Source of the DNA: Alphaproteobacteria bacterium
GTDB lineage: Bacteria > Pseudomonadota > Alphaproteobacteria > VGDZ01
DNA: 64,000 bases
Assembly (NCBI GenBank): GCA_016869515.1
Contig: VGDZ01000006.1
Span: 12,592 to 76,591 of the forward strand
Direction of reading: 5' to 3'
Part shown: positions 23,867 through 33,580 of the stretch, in pieces
Numbering within the stretch: position 1 is the stretch's first letter
Layout of the letters: each line of letters begins with the position of its first letter
Made by a program: the position numbers and the translations under genes
The notes under the pieces: generated by a model
What the model saw: only the letters and a program-made list of their open reading frames with translations
Databases searched by the model: none
What the model was told of the DNA's origin: nothing

Positions 23867-24034
23867 ACCGCGCCGAACGCGATGGGCGGCGATTCGGGCC
23901 CCGCCCTCGAAAGGCGATCGATCGGCAGGGAACCGCGCGAGCGATCCTTTCGGTTCGCAAATCGCGCGCCCGAAAAGGATTGGGCGGAGATTTGCCGCGA
24001 TCCGCCCGAAACCTCGCGGTTCAAGACAGATCGA

Positions 24035-24583
24035 TCAGGCTTTGGCTTCCTTGGCCTTGCGTTCGGCCATCTCGGCCACCTGGCGCAGGGTGGCCATCAA
24101 CACCTTGCCGGTGGCGTCGGTCGAGCTCTTGAGGTCCTTGGCCACCACCACGCGCAGGGTCTCGGCGAACTTGTCGGCGATCTCGACCGTCTCCTGGGCG
24201 TCCTTGGGGGCGGCGTCGAGATAGTCGCAGCCCAAATCGCAGATCGTGCTGACCAGCGGATAGCCCATGGTCGAGCCCTTGCCGCGCAGATCGTGCCAGA
24301 TGCCGCGCAACCGCGCCAATTGCGCCGCGCGCTTGCCGGGCTCGGCCTTGGCGATCTGCAAGGCCTTTTCGCCGCGGGTCGCTTCCTTGGCCAGAATCTG
24401 GGTGAATTCGCCTTGCAGCGTCGCCACGGCCTTTTCGGCGCGGGCGAACAATTCCTCGACCATCCGGCCCGGCATCGGCGCGGCCTTGAGGGACACCGGA
24501 TTGGGGTTCGGAATCAGTTCGTGGTTGGGCGGTTCGGATTGCGGTCCGGGACCGGCGGGTTTGGGTGAATCGCTCACGGCCAT
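24035..24583 (-). CDS. Hpt (histidine phosphotransfer) domain protein
   Basis: 182-aa protein with HDLRGKGSTMGY (HxxKG...G HPt signature). Immediately downstream of a receiver-domain gene. Confidence 0.65.
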   Translation of the reverse strand: MAVSDSPKPAGPGPQSEPPNHELIPNPNPVSLKAAPMPGRMVEELFARAEKAVATLQGEFTQILAKEATRGEKALQIAKAEPGKRAAQLARLRGIWHDLRGKGSTMGYPLVSTICDLGCDYLDAAPKDAQETVEIADKFAETLRVVVAKDLKSSTDATGKVLMATLRQVAEMAERKAKEAKA

Positions 24584-24586
24584 CGA

Positions 24587-25132
24587 TTATACCTTGGCCG
24601 GCTCCGGTTTGGCATTGCCGGCGTCGATCGAAAGATCGTTGGCATCCTCGGCACGACGGAAGGGGCCTTCGAATTTCTCGTCCTTGCGCCGGCGACGGTC
24701 GGGACCGAAATAGCTCTTGGTGCGGACGAACTGGCGGGGCGCCTCGATCACCTCGACCACGCGAGAGTAGACCGTCTGCGCCGAGACCGGCTTGGCCAGG
24801 AACTCGGTGATGCCGGCGTCGCGCGCCTCCATCACCGCCGCCAGCTTGGTGTTGGCGGTCAGCATGATGATCGGCAGCATGCGTTCGCCGATCTCGCCCT
24901 TGCGGATCATCTTGACCATGTCGAGGCCGCTTTTTTCGCCGCCCAGGACCCAGTCGATCATGGCGATGTCGTAGGCGCTGACGCGCATTTCGTCGATCGC
25001 GGCATCGACGCCGTCGCAGGCCATGACGCTCTTGAAGCCAAGCCCGCGCAGCATCTGCAACAGCAGGCTGCGCATGAACTTGTCGTCATCGACCATGATC
25101 AGCGAGACTTTGCTGAGATCGTAGGCTTTCAT
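24587..25132 (-). CDS. response regulator, receiver domain with short C-terminal extension
   Basis: 181-aa protein. CheY-like receiver (LIMVDDD...D...LTANTKLAAVMEARDAGITEFLAKP) plus a C-terminal tail YFGPDRRRRKDE. GAGGGT RBS. Confidence 0.85.
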   Translation of the reverse strand: MKAYDLSKVSLIMVDDDKFMRSLLLQMLRGLGFKSVMACDGVDAAIDEMRVSAYDIAMIDWVLGGEKSGLDMVKMIRKGEIGERMLPIIMLTANTKLAAVMEARDAGITEFLAKPVSAQTVYSRVVEVIEAPRQFVRTKSYFGPDRRRRKDEKFEGPFRRAEDANDLSIDAGNAKPEPAKV

Positions 25133-25302
25133 GTCACCCTCAAAGCCCGTTCATAGCTATAAAATATGGTTGACGTCTTGATCACTGATAAGTCGTATGG
25201 TTTCGTACGCATGGCTACCTATAATACTCGAATTATAGATATACAACAGGAACATGCCGTAGTTTCGCGGCCGTTGCCCAAAATCGATATGATGAGCGCC
25301 TC

Positions 25303-26016
25303 ATGGCCGATGGCCCCAAATTCCTCCCCGCGGGCGAAAGCGGCCTCTTGGTCGAACTGGGAGATGCCATTGACCCGGCGTTGAACGCCCTGGTGCATCG
25401 GTTGGACGGGCTGATCGGCCAGGCCCGCCTAGCGGGGGTGATCGAGACCGTGCCGACCTATCGTTCGCTGTTGGTGGTGTTCGATCCGCTCGCAACCGAA
25501 AGCGCGCGATTGGAGGATTCGGTCCGCGCGCTTTGGCCGCGCGCCCAGGCAAGCGAGGCGGGCGGGCAAGGGCGGCGCTGGTTCGTCCCGGTGGCATTCG
25601 GCGGCGAACTCGGCATGGATCTGGACGATGTCGCACGCCGCACCGGGCTGAGCGCGGCCGAAGTCGTCGCCCGCCACGAGGCCACCGACTACATCGTCTA
25701 CATGCTGGGCTTCGCGCCCGGTTTCGCCTATCTCGGCACGCTCGACGAAAAACTTCGCCTGCCCCGGCGCGAGACGCCCAGGCTTGCGGTGCCGCCGGGC
25801 GCGATCATGCAGGGTGGAGCGCAGGCCTGCGTCTCGACCCTGGAGATGCCGTCGGGCTGGCATGTGCTGGGGCGGACGCCAAGCCCGATCTACGATCCCG
25901 GGCGCGAGCGGCCCTTTCTGTTGGCGCCCGGCGACCGGGTGCGGTTCGTCTCCATCCCGGCCGGCGAGTTCGAGAACCGGGCCAAAGCCTTGCCCGACAG
26001 CGAGGCTTTGGCATGA
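25303..26016 (+). CDS. pxpB: 5-oxoprolinase subunit B (allophanate hydrolase subunit 1 / KipI family)
   Basis: 237-aa protein with PxpB/KipI-family similarity. Confidence 0.85.
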   Translation: MADGPKFLPAGESGLLVELGDAIDPALNALVHRLDGLIGQARLAGVIETVPTYRSLLVVFDPLATESARLEDSVRALWPRAQASEAGGQGRRWFVPVAFGGELGMDLDDVARRTGLSAAEVVARHEATDYIVYMLGFAPGFAYLGTLDEKLRLPRRETPRLAVPPGAIMQGGAQACVSTLEMPSGWHVLGRTPSPIYDPGRERPFLLAPGDRVRFVSIPAGEFENRAKALPDSEALA

Positions 26017-27035
26017 GCCCGCATCTGGCGGCGATCGCGGCCGGGCCGATGTCGACCGTGCAGGATCTTGGCCGGCGCGGCTATCAGCGCTTCGGGGTGT
26101 CGGTGGCCGGCGCGCTCGATCCGCTGCGGCTGGCCGTCGCCAACGCCCTGGTCGGCAATCCGCCCGATATGGCCGGGATCGAGATCACCCTGGCGGGCGA
26201 TCGCTACCGGATCGAGGCGGACAATTGTCTTCTGGCGCTGGCCGGCGATTTCGACCTGGCGATCGACGGCCGGCCGGCCGCGCCCTGGCGCGGGCATAGG
26301 CTGGAACGCGGTCAGGTCTTCGCGGTAGGCGCGGCACGAGCCGGCGCGCGCGGCTATGTCGCCGTCGCCGGCGGCCTCGGCTTCGCCCCCATGCTGGGCA
26401 GCCTGTCCTGCCACGTGCGCAATCGCCTGGGGCCGCCGCGACTTTTGGCCGGGGCGGTGCTGCCCCTGAGCCGCGACCGCGCGCCCAAGGGCCCGGCGCA
26501 GGCGATCGACCCTTCGGCCATTGCCGCGGGCGAGGGACCGCTGCGCGTCGTGCTGGGACCGCAGGACGATTATTTCACCGCCGCCGGAATCGAAACCTTC
26601 CTGGCCGTCGAATACCGCGTCAGCCGCGCGGCCGACCGCATGGGCTATCGCCTGGAAGGCCCCAGGATCGAGCACGCCAAGGGCTACAACATCGTCTCCG
26701 ACCCGATCCCGGCGGGCGCCATCCAGGTGCCGGGCGCCGGCACGCCGATCGTGCTCTTGGCCGATCGCCAGACCACCGGCGGCTATCCCAAGATCGGGAT
26801 CGTGATCGCGCCCGATCAGGGACGGCTGGCGCAGATGAAGCCGGGGGATGCGGTGCGCTTCGCCGCCATCGGCCGGGCCGAGGCGGCCGAGGCGCATCGC
26901 GCCTGGCGGGCGCGGATCGCGGCGCTGCCGGGTATGCTGCGGCCGGCGGTCGAGGATGCGACGAAGCTGCTGGACAGCGCGCGGCTGCTGAGTCTCAATC
27001 TGATCGACGGGGCGGTGGCCGAGGATCGGGCATGA
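26013..27035 (+). CDS. pxpC: 5-oxoprolinase subunit C (allophanate hydrolase subunit 2 / KipA family)
   Basis: 340 aa from the internal ATG, overlapping the pxpB stop (ATGA). Cyclophilin-like KipA domain. Confidence 0.85.
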   Translation: MSPHLAAIAAGPMSTVQDLGRRGYQRFGVSVAGALDPLRLAVANALVGNPPDMAGIEITLAGDRYRIEADNCLLALAGDFDLAIDGRPAAPWRGHRLERGQVFAVGAARAGARGYVAVAGGLGFAPMLGSLSCHVRNRLGPPRLLAGAVLPLSRDRAPKGPAQAIDPSAIAAGEGPLRVVLGPQDDYFTAAGIETFLAVEYRVSRAADRMGYRLEGPRIEHAKGYNIVSDPIPAGAIQVPGAGTPIVLLADRQTTGGYPKIGIVIAPDQGRLAQMKPGDAVRFAAIGRAEAAEAHRAWRARIAALPGMLRPAVEDATKLLDSARLLSLNLIDGAVAEDRA

Positions 27036-27826
27036 GCAGGAACGTGGCGACGGTGGACCTGAACTCGGACATGGGCGAGGGGTTCGGGGCGTGGAAGATG
27101 GGCGACGACGGGGCGATGCTGGACATCGTCACCTCGGCCAACATCGCCTGCGGCTTCCATGCCGGCGATCCCTCGATCATGACCGCGACCGCGCGCGCCG
27201 CCCGGCAGAAGGGCGTGGCGATCGGGGCGCATCCCTCCTTCCTCGATCTGTGGGGCTTTGGCCGCCGCCAGATCCGCGGCGACAGCCCGGCCGAGATCGA
27301 GGCCATGATCGCCTATCAGGTCGGCGCCTTGCAGGCGACGGCGGCGCTGGCCGGACACCGCGTCAGCCACGTCAAGGCGCATGGCGCGCTGTCGAACATG
27401 GCCTGCCTCGAACGCGAGCTGGCACTGGCCATCGGCCGCGGCATCAAGGCGGTCGATCCCAAGCTGTTGTTCGTGGTCATGCCGGGGACCGAATTGGAGA
27501 AGGCCGGCGAGTCGCTGGGCCTGCCGATGGCGCGCGAGATTTTCGCCGACCGCACCTATGGCGAGGACGGCAACCTGACCCCCCGCAAGCAGCCGGGCGC
27601 GGTGATCCATGACGCCGCCCTGGCGGCGCGGCGCGCCGTCGCCATGGTGCGCGAGGGGGCGGTGACCTCGACCTCGGGCAAGCGGCTGCCGATGGCGATC
27701 GACACCATCTGCGTCCATTCCGACACGCCCGATGCGGTGGCGATGGCGCGTGCCGTGCGCCAGGCGCTGGAGGCCGCCGGCATCGCCATACGGCCGATGC
27801 ACCTTGCCCTGGGGTTGGCCGCGTGA
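27032..27826 (+). CDS. pxpA: 5-oxoprolinase subunit A (LamB/YcsF family)
   Basis: 264-aa protein with LamB/YcsF similarity ([11 protein letters not shown]... N-terminus). Confidence 0.9.
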   Translation: MSRNVATVDLNSDMGEGFGAWKMGDDGAMLDIVTSANIACGFHAGDPSIMTATARAARQKGVAIGAHPSFLDLWGFGRRQIRGDSPAEIEAMIAYQVGALQATAALAGHRVSHVKAHGALSNMACLERELALAIGRGIKAVDPKLLFVVMPGTELEKAGESLGLPMAREIFADRTYGEDGNLTPRKQPGAVIHDAALAARRAVAMVREGAVTSTSGKRLPMAIDTICVHSDTPDAVAMARAVRQALEAAGIAIRPMHLALGLAA

Positions 27827-28587
27827 CCGACGCCATCCATTTCTGCGCCAGCGATTCCCCGCCCGCCCAGGCGGCCTTGGTGCGGCTCAAGCGGCGCTAT
27901 GGCGGCGTCGCGGTCGAACGCGCGCGGGTCATCGTCGCGCTGGGCGGCGACGGTTTCATGCTGCAAACCTTGCACCGGCACATGAAGCGCGGCTTGCCGA
28001 TCTTCGGCATGAACCGCGGCCGGGTCGGATTCCTGATGAACCGCTTTTCCGAAGGCGGGCTTGCGGCGCGCATCGCCCGCGCCCGGCCGGCGGTGGTGCA
28101 TCCGCTGGCGATGGAGGCCAGCGACGCCAAGGGCCGGGTCAGTCGCGCGCTGGCGATCAACGAGGTGGCGCTGCTGCGCGCCGGGCGCCAGACCGCGCAT
28201 CTGGCGATCAGCGTCGATCGCAAGCTGCGGGTCAAGGAACTGGTCTGCGATGGCGTGCTGGTGGCGACTCCGGCCGGATCGACCGCCTACAATTCCTCGG
28301 CCCATGGGCCGATCCTGCCGCTGGGCGCGGGCGTGCTGGCGCTGACCCCGATCTCGGCCTTTAGGCCGCGGCGCTGGCGCGGCGCCATCCTGCCGCGCGA
28401 CAGCCAGGTGCGGATCGAGGTGCTGGAGCCCGAGCGCCGGCCGGTCAACGTCGCCGCCGATTTCGTCGAGGTGCGGCGGCCGGTGCGGGTGACGGTGCGC
28501 GAGGCGCGCGATCTGCGCTTGACCTTGCTGTTCGATCCCGAGCACGACCTGGAAGACCGCATCATCAACGAACAATTCGCGCCCTGA
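27823..28587 (+). CDS. nadK: NAD kinase
   Basis: 254-aa protein with GGDGFML and NEV...[12 protein letters not shown] motifs. Confidence 0.9.
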   Translation: MTDAIHFCASDSPPAQAALVRLKRRYGGVAVERARVIVALGGDGFMLQTLHRHMKRGLPIFGMNRGRVGFLMNRFSEGGLAARIARARPAVVHPLAMEASDAKGRVSRALAINEVALLRAGRQTAHLAISVDRKLRVKELVCDGVLVATPAGSTAYNSSAHGPILPLGAGVLALTPISAFRPRRWRGAILPRDSQVRIEVLEPERRPVNVAADFVEVRRPVRVTVREARDLRLTLLFDPEHDLEDRIINEQFAP

Positions 28588-28599
28588 CTGGCGCCCGCA

Positions 28600-29565
28600 T
28601 TGGGGGATACCATGTCGAGATTCTTGCTGCTGGCCCTTGGCCTGATCCTGGCGGCGCCGGCTTGGGCGCAATGGCCCGACCGCACCATCCGCATCGTCGT
28701 GCCCTTCGCCGCCGGCGGGCCGGCCGACATCTATGCCCGCGTGCTGGCGGCGCACCTCAAGGACCCGCTCGGCCAGAGCGTGGTGGTCGAGAACCGCCCC
28801 GGCGCCGGCGCCATCGTCGGCACCGACGCCGTCGCCAAGTCGCCGGCCGACGGCTACACGCTGCTGATGATGAGCAATACCCACACCGTCAACGAGACCC
28901 TGGTCGCCAACAAGCCCTATCAGTTGATGCGCGATTTCGTCCCGGTGGCGCCGGTCAACGAGTCCGAGTTGCTGCTGGTGGTGCATCCTTCGGTGCCGGT
29001 CGCTTCGCTCAAGGATCTGCTGGCCCACGTCAAGGCCAATCCCGGCAAGCTCAACTACGCCTCATCCGGTATCGGCACGCCCTATCACATGGCCGGCGAG
29101 CTGTTCAAAGCCATGGCCGGGCTGGACATCGTCCACGTTCCCCATCGCGGCAGCTCGGGGGCGCGCGCCGACGTTCTGGCCGGCCATCAGCACATGATGT
29201 TCGACGCCATCACCACGATGGCGCCCAATGTCCAGGCCGGCACGCTCAAGGGCCTCGCCACCACCGCCAAGGCGCGCTCGCAGATCCTGCCCAACGTGCC
29301 GACGGCGGACGAGGCCGGCGTGCCCGGTTACGAGGCGACCATCTGGCTGGGCGTGATGGCGCCGACCGGCACGCCCAAGCCGGCGGTCGATCGCCTCAAC
29401 CGGGAGATCGGCAAGATCATCGCCCGCAGCGACGTCAAGAGCGATTGGAGCAAGCAGGGCGCCGCCGGCATGGTCATGACGCCCGATGCCTTCGATCGCT
29501 ATCTGCGGGCCGACATCGAGAAATGGGCCAAGCTGATCCGCTCGGCCAACATCAAGCCGGAATGA
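28600..29565 (+). CDS. tctC: tripartite tricarboxylate transporter substrate-binding protein (Bug/TctC family)
   Basis: 321-aa protein with signal peptide and Bug-family similarity (RIVVPFAAGGPADIYARV...). Confidence 0.85.
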   Translation: MGDTMSRFLLLALGLILAAPAWAQWPDRTIRIVVPFAAGGPADIYARVLAAHLKDPLGQSVVVENRPGAGAIVGTDAVAKSPADGYTLLMMSNTHTVNETLVANKPYQLMRDFVPVAPVNESELLLVVHPSVPVASLKDLLAHVKANPGKLNYASSGIGTPYHMAGELFKAMAGLDIVHVPHRGSSGARADVLAGHQHMMFDAITTMAPNVQAGTLKGLATTAKARSQILPNVPTADEAGVPGYEATIWLGVMAPTGTPKPAVDRLNREIGKIIARSDVKSDWSKQGAAGMVMTPDAFDRYLRADIEKWAKLIRSANIKPE

Positions 29566-30014
29566 TCGTCAACGGCCGGGCGCGGACGGTCGCCGCGCCC
29601 GACGAGGCCTCGCTGCTGCATGTCCTGCGCGGCGAGTTGGGCCTGGTCGGCACGCGCCATGGCTGCGGCAGCGGGCAATGCGGGGCGTGCTTTGTGCTGC
29701 TGGACGGCGAGGTCAAGGCCGCCTGCGAGTTGACTGTCGGCCAGGCCCGCGGCCGGAGCGTGACCACGATCGAAGGTCTCGGATCGCCCGAGCGGCCGCA
29801 TCCGATCCAGGCCGCGCTGCTGGAAGAACAGGCCGGGCAGTGCGGCTATTGCCTGTCGGGCATCCAGATCGCGGCGGCGGCGCTGCTGGCGCGCCGGCCC
29901 GATCCCGACGAAGGCCAGGTGCGCGCGGCGCTGGCCCGCAATCTCTGCCGCTGTGGGGCGCATGGCCGCATCGTCCGTGCCGTGCTGCGCGCGGCCAAGG
30001 CGATGCGGGTATGA
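29562..30014 (+). CDS. (2Fe-2S)-binding subunit of a xanthine dehydrogenase-family molybdoenzyme (IorA/CoxS-like)
   Basis: 150 aa from the internal ATG. Ferredoxin-type cysteine motifs (CGSGQCGAC...) and a second helical 2Fe-2S motif (CGYC...CRCG). Confidence 0.85.
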   Translation: MIVNGRARTVAAPDEASLLHVLRGELGLVGTRHGCGSGQCGACFVLLDGEVKAACELTVGQARGRSVTTIEGLGSPERPHPIQAALLEEQAGQCGYCLSGIQIAAAALLARRPDPDEGQVRAALARNLCRCGAHGRIVRAVLRAAKAMRV

Positions 30015-32104
30015 GCAAGCTGCCGCAAAGCCTGGCCAACAACCCGAAGCTGGGCCAGTGGCTCGATTTCGCCGCGCCCGGACGGGTAACGGTGCGCATC
30101 GGCAAGGTCGAGATCGGCCAGGGCATCAAGACCGCGCTGGCGCAGATCGCGGCCGAGGAACTGGACCTGGCCTTCGCCCAGATACGGATGGCGGCGCCGG
30201 CCACCGACACCGCGCCCGACGAGGGCGTGACCTCGGGTTCGCTTTCGATCCAGGACTCGGGCTCGGCGCTGCGGCTGGTCTGCGCCGAGACCCGCGCCCT
30301 GTTCCTGGCCCAGGCGGCGCAGCGGCTGGATGCCGCGCCCGAAACGCTGACCGTGGCGGATGGCGTGTTCCGGGCCGCCGACGGCCGCCGCACCGATTAT
30401 TGGGCGCTGGCGGCGGCGGTGACCCTCGACCGCGCCGCGTCAGGTCTAGTCGCTCCCAAGCCGATAACGGCGCATCGCGTGGTCGGCCAGTCGCAGCCCA
30501 GATCGGATTTGCCCGACAAGGTGTTCGGACTGCGCCGCTTCATCCACGATCTCGACCTGCCGGGCATGGTTCATGGCCGGGTGCTGCGCCCGCCTTCGAC
30601 CGGGGCCAGCCTGGTTTCGGCTCCCGAGGCGATGGCGGACGGGATTGGCCTGGTGCGCGACGGCAATTTCCTGGGCGTGGTGGCCGACAGCGAGCAGGCC
30701 GCCGAACGCGCCGCCGAGCGCCTGGCGTCGCGGTTGGAATGGCGGGAGCGCGACGCGCTGCCCGATCCGGCGCTGCTGTTCGATTGGCTCAAGACCGCCA
30801 AGGCCGAAATGCAGATCGTGGCCGAGCGCGGCACGCCCGCGTCCGGCGCGCGCACGCATGGCGCCGAGTTCCGCAAGCCCTATCTGGCCCACGCCTCGAT
30901 CGGACCCTGCTGCGCCATCGCCCGCTGGGAAGACGGCGCGCTGCGGGTCTGGAGCCACACCCAGGGCATCTTCAACCTGCGCGCCGATCTGGCGATCGCG
31001 CTGGGCATCGGCCGCGAGCGCATCGCGATCGAGCATGTCGAGGGCGCCGGCTGCTACGGCCATAACGGCGCCGACGACGTGGCGCTGGATGCGGCGCTGT
31101 TGGCGCGCACCATGCCGGGGCGACCGCTGCGGGTGCAGTGGTCGCGCCGCGACGAACTGGCCGCCGCCGCGTTCGGTCCGGCGATGGCGATCCGTCTGGA
31201 AGCCGATCTCGACGCCAAGGGCGGCGTGCTGGCCTGGCGGCACGAGGTCTGGAGCAACGGCCACAGCTCGCGCCCGGGCCGGGCCGAGACGCCGACCCTG
31301 CTGGCCGCCAGCGACCTGGCCAAAAGCTTTCCGCGCCGGCTTTCGATCAACGTCGCGCCGGCGGCGGGCGGCGGCGCCGAGCGCAACGCCGTGCCGCCTT
31401 ACGACCTGCCGGCACTCAAGGTCGCCAGCCACCGCGTGCTGGACATGCCGATCCGTGCCTCGGCGCTGCGCGGGCTGGGCGCATTCGCCAACGTCTTCGC
31501 GATCGAAAGCTTCGTCGACGAATTGGCGGCGCTGGCGGGCGAGGACCGCCTGGCGTGGCGGCTGGCGCGCTTGGCCGATCCGCGCGCCCGCGCCGTGATC
31601 GAACTGGCGACCGCGCGCGCCGGCTGGTCGGGACGCGCGCGCCGGCCCGGTCGCGGCATCGGTCTCGGCTATGCGCGCTACAAGTCCAACGGCGCCTATT
31701 GCGCGGTGGTGGCCGAGGTCGAGGCCGAGCGCGAGATCCGCGTCGAGCGCCTGACCGTCGCCGCCGATGTCGGCCTGGCGATCAATCCCGACGGCATCGC
31801 CAACCAGCTGGAAGGCGGCGCGGTCCAGGCCGCCAGTTGGACGCTGCTGGAGGAAGTCCGCTTCGATCGCCGCCGCATCGCCATCGCCGGCTGGGAGGAC
31901 TATCCGATCCTGCGTTTCCCCGAGGCGCCGGCGGTCGCGGTGCATCTGATCCGGCCAGGCGACCAGCCCAGCCTGGGCGCGGGCGAGGCTTCGCTGGGGC
32001 CGACCGCGGCCGCGATCGCCAACGCATTGCACGACGCGCTGGGTCTCAGGGTCCGCCAACTGCCGCTCGACCGCGCGCGCCTGGCACAGGCCGCCTTGGC
32101 CTGA
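30011..32104 (+). CDS. molybdopterin-binding subunit of an aldehyde/N-heterocycle oxidoreductase (IorB-like)
   Basis: 697-aa protein with xanthine dehydrogenase-family MoCo-subunit similarity. Two-subunit organisation with no FAD subunit. Confidence 0.85.
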   Translation: MSKLPQSLANNPKLGQWLDFAAPGRVTVRIGKVEIGQGIKTALAQIAAEELDLAFAQIRMAAPATDTAPDEGVTSGSLSIQDSGSALRLVCAETRALFLAQAAQRLDAAPETLTVADGVFRAADGRRTDYWALAAAVTLDRAASGLVAPKPITAHRVVGQSQPRSDLPDKVFGLRRFIHDLDLPGMVHGRVLRPPSTGASLVSAPEAMADGIGLVRDGNFLGVVADSEQAAERAAERLASRLEWRERDALPDPALLFDWLKTAKAEMQIVAERGTPASGARTHGAEFRKPYLAHASIGPCCAIARWEDGALRVWSHTQGIFNLRADLAIALGIGRERIAIEHVEGAGCYGHNGADDVALDAALLARTMPGRPLRVQWSRRDELAAAAFGPAMAIRLEADLDAKGGVLAWRHEVWSNGHSSRPGRAETPTLLAASDLAKSFPRRLSINVAPAAGGGAERNAVPPYDLPALKVASHRVLDMPIRASALRGLGAFANVFAIESFVDELAALAGEDRLAWRLARLADPRARAVIELATARAGWSGRARRPGRGIGLGYARYKSNGAYCAVVAEVEAEREIRVERLTVAADVGLAINPDGIANQLEGGAVQAASWTLLEEVRFDRRRIAIAGWEDYPILRFPEAPAVAVHLIRPGDQPSLGAGEASLGPTAAAIANALHDALGLRVRQLPLDRARLAQAALA

Positions 32105-32148
32105 GGCCGGGCCTCGCCTAAACTCGCGTCCAAACTCAGGGGGATGTC

Positions 32149-33117
32149 ATGATTCGATTCGCATTCGCGGCGATCCTGGCCGCGCTGGCGGTGCCGGCCT
32201 TGGCGCAGGGCGCCTTTCCCGACCGGCCGATCGCCATGATCGTGCCCTTTCCGCCCGGCGGCGTGGCCGATCAGACCGCGCGGCCGGTGGCGGCGGCGAT
32301 GGAGAAGGCGCTCAAGCAGCCGGTGGTGCTGGCCAATCGCCAGGGCGCGGGCGGCGCGGTCGGCATGGCCGCCACGGCCGCGGCGCGGCCCGACGGCTAT
32401 ACCATCATGACCGCGCTGTCCTCGATCTCGGTCATCCCCGAGGCCGACAAGCTGTTCGAGCGCAAGCCGGCCTACACCATGGACCAGTTCGCGCCGCTGG
32501 CGCTGATCTCCTCGGACCCGACCGTGCTGGTGGTCAACGCCGAGCGGCCGTGGAAATCGGTCGCCGAGCTGGTGGCCGACGCCAAGGCGCGGCCGGGGCA
32601 GATCTCGTTCTCGTCCTCGGGGGTCTACGGCACGCTGCACATGGCGACCGAGATGTTCGCCCACGCCGCCCAGGTCAAGTTCAAGCACGTGCCCTTCAAC
32701 GGCGCCGGGCCGGCGATGACCGCGCTGCTGGGCGGGCATGTCGACATCCTGGCATCGGGTCCGGGCGTGGTGCTGCCGCAGATCAAGGCCGGCAAGGTGC
32801 GGGCGCTGGCGGGCTGGGGGGCGAAGCGGCTGGACGTCATGCCCGAGCTGCCGACCTTCAAGGAACTCGGCTTCGACATCGAGTTCTACATCTGGGCCGG
32901 CGTGTTCGCGCCGGCGGCGACGCCGGCGCCGATCCTGGAGACGCTGCGCCGCGCCATCGCCCAAGGGGTCAAGGATCCCGATTTCGTCGCGGCGATGGAA
33001 AAGGCCGGAACGCCGGTGGCCTATCTCGACGCGCCCGAGTTCAAGAAGTTCTGGGACACGGATGCGGCGCGGCTGGCCAAGGCCTTGCGGGCGATCGGCA
33101 AGGTCGAGGGCGGCTGA
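32149..33117 (+). CDS. tctC: tripartite tricarboxylate transporter substrate-binding protein (Bug/TctC family), second copy
   Basis: 322-aa protein with signal peptide and Bug-family similarity. Confidence 0.85.
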   Translation: MIRFAFAAILAALAVPALAQGAFPDRPIAMIVPFPPGGVADQTARPVAAAMEKALKQPVVLANRQGAGGAVGMAATAAARPDGYTIMTALSSISVIPEADKLFERKPAYTMDQFAPLALISSDPTVLVVNAERPWKSVAELVADAKARPGQISFSSSGVYGTLHMATEMFAHAAQVKFKHVPFNGAGPAMTALLGGHVDILASGPGVVLPQIKAGKVRALAGWGAKRLDVMPELPTFKELGFDIEFYIWAGVFAPAATPAPILETLRRAIAQGVKDPDFVAAMEKAGTPVAYLDAPEFKKFWDTDAARLAKALRAIGKVEGG

Positions 33118-33142
33118 GCCGCCGAACGTCGCAGCCTTGGGC

Positions 33143-33580
33143 GTGAGCGCGGATCGCGCCGCCGGTCTGGTGCTGGCGGCGCTGGCGGCCGGCATCGCCG
33201 CGATCGCCCTGGCCGAATTGCCGATGGGAAGTTGGGCGCGGCCGGGCGCGGGCGCGGCACCCTTGGGCCTCGGTTTGATCCTGGGCGGGTTCGGGCTGGC
33301 GCTGGCATGGCAAGGCGGCGGCGCCTGGGAGGCGACCGACCGCGCCGAAGCCGGCCGGGCGCTGGCCATCCTCGCCGCGGCGGGCTTCGCCGCGCTGGCC
33401 TTCGAGGCCCTGGGCTATCGCCTGACCATGGCGGCGATGCTGGCCTTCCTTTTGCTGGCGGTCGAGCGCAAGCCGGTGCTGCCGGCGCTGGCCTGGAGCG
33501 CGCTGCTCAGCCTCGGCAGCTTCCATGCCTTTTCGGTCTGGCTGCGCGTGCCCTTGCCGCGCGGGCCGTTCGGGTTCTGA
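33143..33580 (+). CDS. tctB: tripartite tricarboxylate transporter TctB small membrane subunit
   Basis: ~145-aa protein with four TM helices. Positioned between tctC and tctA. Start (GTG) uncertain. Confidence 0.6.
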   Translation: MSADRAAGLVLAALAAGIAAIALAELPMGSWARPGAGAAPLGLGLILGGFGLALAWQGGGAWEATDRAEAGRALAILAAAGFAALAFEALGYRLTMAAMLAFLLLAVERKPVLPALAWSALLSLGSFHAFSVWLRVPLPRGPFGF

